Under the pieces are notes generated by a model. The model worked only from the letters and a program-made list of their open reading frames with translations. It was not told the DNA's origin and made no database searches. The position numbers were made by a program, and so were the translations under genes. From Candidatus Woesearchaeota archaeon (GTDB lineage Archaea > Nanobdellota > Nanobdellia > Woesearchaeales > JABGXB01): a stretch of 20,000 nt of DNA. The stretch spans positions 183,821-203,820 of the forward strand of contig JABGXB010000003.1 in the NCBI GenBank assembly GCA_018675975.1, read 5' to 3'. This document shows, piece after piece, positions 16,754 through 20,000 of this stretch (position 1 is the first letter of the stretch; each line of letters opens with the position of its first letter).

Positions 16754-17362
16754 TTATTCTAGTATTTTATACCAAGTATAAATCAATTTTTCAGTTGAAT
16801 CAAAAATAGTTTCTTCATCACCATGCACTAATAAACAATTATTATTTACTAATTCTATTTTAGGTTTATCTGAATAAATAAATTCAATTAATGGTACTTT
16901 TGCAGAATTACATTCTTCTGCCATTTGTTTACATGATGAATCATATGTCCTACATGCAGAACTTATATTTACTGAAAAAACTCTACTTAATGTTAATGTC
17001 GTTTCAATCATACTTAAACCAAAACTACTTTTTTGAGTAGATGAAAGTTCTGGATTAAAAACTAAATTAATATTATTTTTATGTTTATAAAAAGTTGAAA
17101 CATCCCCAACTGTTTCGATGTATTCCACATCAGTTGGTAATTTTCTTAATGTTACAGTATACAATTCATTACTATTCATATTTTTTACATCAAAATCCCA
17201 TAATCCTGCACTATTTTTAAAAAATACAAAATCATTAAATTCAACAATATCTTTATCTGAATTTGAAATTATACTTTCAGGAACAAAAAACCTTAATAAA
17301 ATAATTGCTAATAAAACAAATAATACAAAAATAATTAAAGTTAATACATTAGTTTTATTCAT
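16754..17362 (-). CDS. N-terminally membrane-anchored exported protein, 4 Cys
   Basis: Hydrophobic helix at residues 6-28; C-x6-C-x6-C and NNCLLVHG. Start overlaps the upstream stop (ATGA). Confidence 0.8.
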   Translation of the reverse strand: MNKTNVLTLIIFVLFVLLAIILLRFFVPESIISNSDKDIVEFNDFVFFKNSAGLWDFDVKNMNSNELYTVTLRKLPTDVEYIETVGDVSTFYKHKNNINLVFNPELSSTQKSSFGLSMIETTLTLSRVFSVNISSACRTYDSSCKQMAEECNSAKVPLIEFIYSDKPKIELVNNNCLLVHGDEETIFDSTEKLIYTWYKILE

Positions 17363-17976
17363 TTTAAAACGCCTATTCTATATAATAAAATATTTTCTAA
17401 CACCATATTTAATTCAAAACTATCTTTATAATAAATATTTAAACATTTACCATCTAAATTTAAATAAGTATTATTATTTTGCTGAATATTAAATATCATA
17501 TTATAATTTTCATTCTCATTACAATTAATATAATTTACATTATTAATATCATTTGAACCATAGTTGAACTGAGTTCCATCAAAAATATCTAAAGACCATT
17601 TTGTTAATCCAAAATTAAATTCTTCAATAAATGGTAAATCAATACTAGTTAAATTATAAGTAGATGCTATAGTTTTTGATGATTTTATACTATTAACTAA
17701 AATGAATGTATCATCTTCACTCATATTTAAATTATCAAATCCTAATGAAGAGGGATGATTTACTAATTCTAAATTATAATCTAATAAAATATAACCATAT
17801 GAATTTGGATTTTGTACAATATTATAACCCTTATAATTAGCAGATACAGTATCAGTTGCATAATAAACGGCAATAAATGCAATTGCGGATGTCACCATTA
17901 ATATAATTAAAATTAAACTGTAAACCTTTTTTTTTGTATTTTCACTAACTCGGAATTTTTTAAACTTTGAAGCCAC
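17359..17976 (-). CDS. N-terminally membrane-anchored exported protein, 2 Cys; probable distant paralogue of the downstream gene
   Basis: GTG start, basic N-terminus, TM helix VYSLILIILMVTSAIAFIAVYY; C-terminal C...C..I....E..LY..GV pattern. Confidence 0.8.
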   Translation of the reverse strand: MASKFKKFRVSENTKKKVYSLILIILMVTSAIAFIAVYYATDTVSANYKGYNIVQNPNSYGYILLDYNLELVNHPSSLGFDNLNMSEDDTFILVNSIKSSKTIASTYNLTSIDLPFIEEFNFGLTKWSLDIFDGTQFNYGSNDINNVNYINCNENENYNMIFNIQQNNNTYLNLDGKCLNIYYKDSFELNMVLENILLYRIGVLK

Positions 17977-18009
17977 TAAATTTGTTGAGATATCAACTGT
18001 TTAAAAAGT

Positions 18010-18495
18010 TTATGCACAAGTTGATTTTACTATATTAAATATAAATGCATATACAAAAATTGAAATATTTACAAAATAAGTTAATAAACATAATGTACAA
18101 AATTGATTAAGTATCATTGCAGAAATATAAGAAAATATAAAAGTTACAAATAAAAATATAAAACCAAAAAAATATATTATATTGAAATATGTCTCAACAT
18201 AATTGTCTTTTAAATTAAATAATGCAAGTAATGATAATAAAAATACAAATAAATATGTTATAAAACCAATACTTGAAACTGAAACTCCAAGTATTTGACT
18301 ATATGGTGAAGTTAAAACACTACTACAACTAGCAAATTCACCCTCAACACATAAAGCACTTTTATAATCTTTATTTTCTAAAAAATTGTTTCTTTCAGTT
18401 GTAGCAAGACCAGAAAAGACCATACCAAGAAAACTTAATATTAATATAAATGTAAAAAACTTTTTATAATTTAATTTTTTATTTTTTTTAATCAT
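18010..18495 (-). CDS. Vitamin K epoxide reductase (VKOR) family protein
   Basis: Loop Cys pair CVEGEFASC followed by V..SPYS..LGV, four TM helices, active-site FCTLC (CxxC). Confidence 0.92.
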   Translation of the reverse strand: MIKKNKKLNYKKFFTFILILSFLGMVFSGLATTERNNFLENKDYKSALCVEGEFASCSSVLTSPYSQILGVSVSSIGFITYLFVFLLSLLALFNLKDNYVETYFNIIYFFGFIFLFVTFIFSYISAMILNQFCTLCLLTYFVNISIFVYAFIFNIVKSTCA

Positions 18496-18529
18496 AAAAA
18501 TTCAATTTAATTATAATATATAAATATTT

Positions 18530-19237
18530 TTAATTTTTATATTCAATTAATTGTTTTAATTTTTCAATATCTACGTCAATACCATTTTTAGAAAAAAATC
18601 TACTTATATTTTTTATATCCCTTTCCCAAAGTTCATTATAAAAACTATCTTTTAGAGAAGTTGATTGAGAACAATCAATTACAACAGGGTCTCCATTATT
18701 ATTTAATATATTAAACTCACTCAAATCACCATGAACTAAATTATTATTATTTAATAATTTTAAATAATCAACTAATTTATTAAAAAATTCATGCATATTA
18801 GTTAAGTCATTTCTCACTTGTCTACTTGCAAATCCATTATCACCAATAAATTCTAATAACAAAACATTATTAGTAATATAAATTGGCGTTGGAACTCTTA
18901 TACCAATTGCTCTAAATTTTAATAAATTTTTATATTCCCTTTGAGCCCATGTAAAAATAATTTCTCTCTTTCTTCTTTTAATATTTAAATATCTTGGATC
19001 TGAACTTAAATAATAATACATTTTGTTAAAATCACAAACTTCAAGCCTATATATTTTAACTGCAACATATGTACCATCTTTTTTAATAGCACAAAAAACA
19101 TTTGCTTCCTTACCAATGGCAATTGTTGAAACTATTCTTTCAAAATATCCAGCTGCTTCTAATTTAAATAATAATCTATTTGTAAAATTATCAAATACAT
19201 TATTATATGTCTTAAATTTTTCTCTTGGTATTGCCAT
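18530..19237 (-). CDS. rio1: RIO1 family atypical Ser/Thr kinase
   Basis: GKEANVF, AVKIY, WAQREYKNL, VPTP, catalytic LVHGDLSEFNIL, IDCSQS, RDIKNI..FF. No N-terminal wHTH, so not RIO2. Confidence 0.95.
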   Translation of the reverse strand: MAIPREKFKTYNNVFDNFTNRLLFKLEAAGYFERIVSTIAIGKEANVFCAIKKDGTYVAVKIYRLEVCDFNKMYYYLSSDPRYLNIKRRKREIIFTWAQREYKNLLKFRAIGIRVPTPIYITNNVLLLEFIGDNGFASRQVRNDLTNMHEFFNKLVDYLKLLNNNNLVHGDLSEFNILNNNGDPVVIDCSQSTSLKDSFYNELWERDIKNISRFFSKNGIDVDIEKLKQLIEYKN

Positions 19238-19254
19238 CTTATATGTACATTATA

Positions 19255-20000
19255 TTAATTAATAAAACTAGCAGTTATATTTGTTTTATATATTATATTT
19301 TGACTATTAATTAAATTTTGTTTATAATCAATAATCAAATCAAATTTTAATTGATCCACTATACTTTCATTCAAATATAATTTAAATTGATCAAATGAAA
19401 TATCTTTTGATTTTAGAAATATAATCCAACCCAGATCTGTTTTAAAAGGTTCATGAATTTTATTAAAATTAATATTTTGTATTTCTTTTAAATAATTTTT
19501 ATCTAAACTATTTAAATTTATTTTCCCTAAAAATCCAAAATTAGAAAAAATATTATTAATTTTATAATTATTATATATTTGTTTAAAATTTTTATTTTTT
19601 AATAAATCACTATATATATCATTAGCAATTTTTTCATTTGATACTAATATTTGAAATAAAAAGATTTCATTATTATTTAATTCATTATAATTAGTATAGT
19701 ATTTAATTAATTTATTTGAAATTAATTTATTTTGTTTATTATTAATATCTAACTTATCAAAATTATAATATTTATTAAAAAAATAATACTCTTTTGCCTT
19801 TAATTTATCTGAATTATTATATATTAATTTAAAATCATTATATTCTTCATTAGCAATATTAAATGAATTTAATTTATTTTGCATTAAAATATCACTAAAT
19901 ATAAGAAATAAGGCTTGATTATCAGATATTTTATTTTCAAATTCTTTCTTTTTTAATAAAATTTGGGCATAAATTATACTTTTTTTATTATTATTTTCAT
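19255..20000 (-). CDS. Parvulin/PrsA-SurA-like foldase, degenerate active site, 5'-truncated
   Basis: Frame stays open from 19884 to the window edge (...ENNNKKSIIYAQILL...SDILMQNK). QILVSNEKIANDIYSDL..F..., GFLGKI and EPFKTDLGWIIF align with the PpiC rotamase pattern HILV...A..V...L..G..F, GDLGW, PVKT.FGYHII. Confidence 0.75.
   Translation of the reverse strand, partial: ENNNKKSIIYAQILLKKKEFENKISDNQALFLIFSDILMQNKLNSFNIANEEYNDFKLIYNNSDKLKAKEYYFFNKYYNFDKLDINNKQNKLISNKLIKYYTNYNELNNNEIFLFQILVSNEKIANDIYSDLLKNKNFKQIYNNYKINNIFSNFGFLGKINLNSLDKNYLKEIQNINFNKIHEPFKTDLGWIIFLKSKDISFDQFKLYLNESIVDQLKFDLIIDYKQNLINSQNIIYKTNITASFIN

Noticed and set aside
17359..17362. Stop-codon reassignment (nearly all genes end in TAA)
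   Set aside because: Long genes are intact in code 11, Trp uses TGG, and TGA terminates the 17359-17976 gene in an ATGA overlap; AT bias explains the TAA preference.
18530..19237. Kinase as Bud32, the KEOPS partner of Kae1
   Set aside because: Motifs GKEANV, HGDLSEFN and ID.SQ are RIO1-type, not Bud32-type (GAEA, HGDLTTSN, IDFGL).
7960..19262. ORFs 7960-8292, 15455-15799, 17118-17492 and 19023-19262
   Set aside because: Each lies antisense to a better-supported gene; composition is typical of reverse frames in AT-rich DNA.
1..20000. Bacterial (CPR/Mollicute) or viral origin given extreme AT content, uvrB and class II lysS
   Set aside because: Archaeal-type Kae1, RIO1, RNase P RNA and BRE/TATA signals indicate an archaeal chromosome; no capsid, integrase or transposase genes were seen.

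Overview
Very AT-rich, gene-dense archaeal DNA in standard code 11. Archaeal Kae1, RIO1 kinase, NOP2/Sun methyltransferase, an archaeal RNase P RNA and BRE/TATA promoters occur together with bacterial-type UvrB and a class II LysRS. That mix best fits a DPANN lineage such as Woesearchaeota/Pacearchaeota (inference). Left to right: a 5'-truncated giant (>2050 aa) membrane-anchored surface protein with ~190-aa Ig-like repeats; an unlisted 57-aa ribbon-helix-helix gene; uvrB; kae1; a basic protein with a duplicated domain and histone-H1-like tail; an unlisted 32-aa membrane-peptide ORF; an orphan; lysS; an m5C methyltransferase; a PLP-fold protein; a solo Cas4/AddB-like Fe-S nuclease; a hypothetical; a compact (~264 nt) type-M-like RNase P RNA; and a minus-strand run (degenerate parvulin, RIO1, VKOR, two related Cys-containing membrane-anchored proteins, small CARF-like protein). 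No CRISPR array, tRNA, rRNA or mobile element was seen. Most of the window is housekeeping. The best candidates for undescribed biology are the VKOR/parvulin envelope-folding cluster, the CARF-like protein, the H1-tailed protein and the reduced RNase P RNA. All calls are from motif recognition by eye, without database searches.
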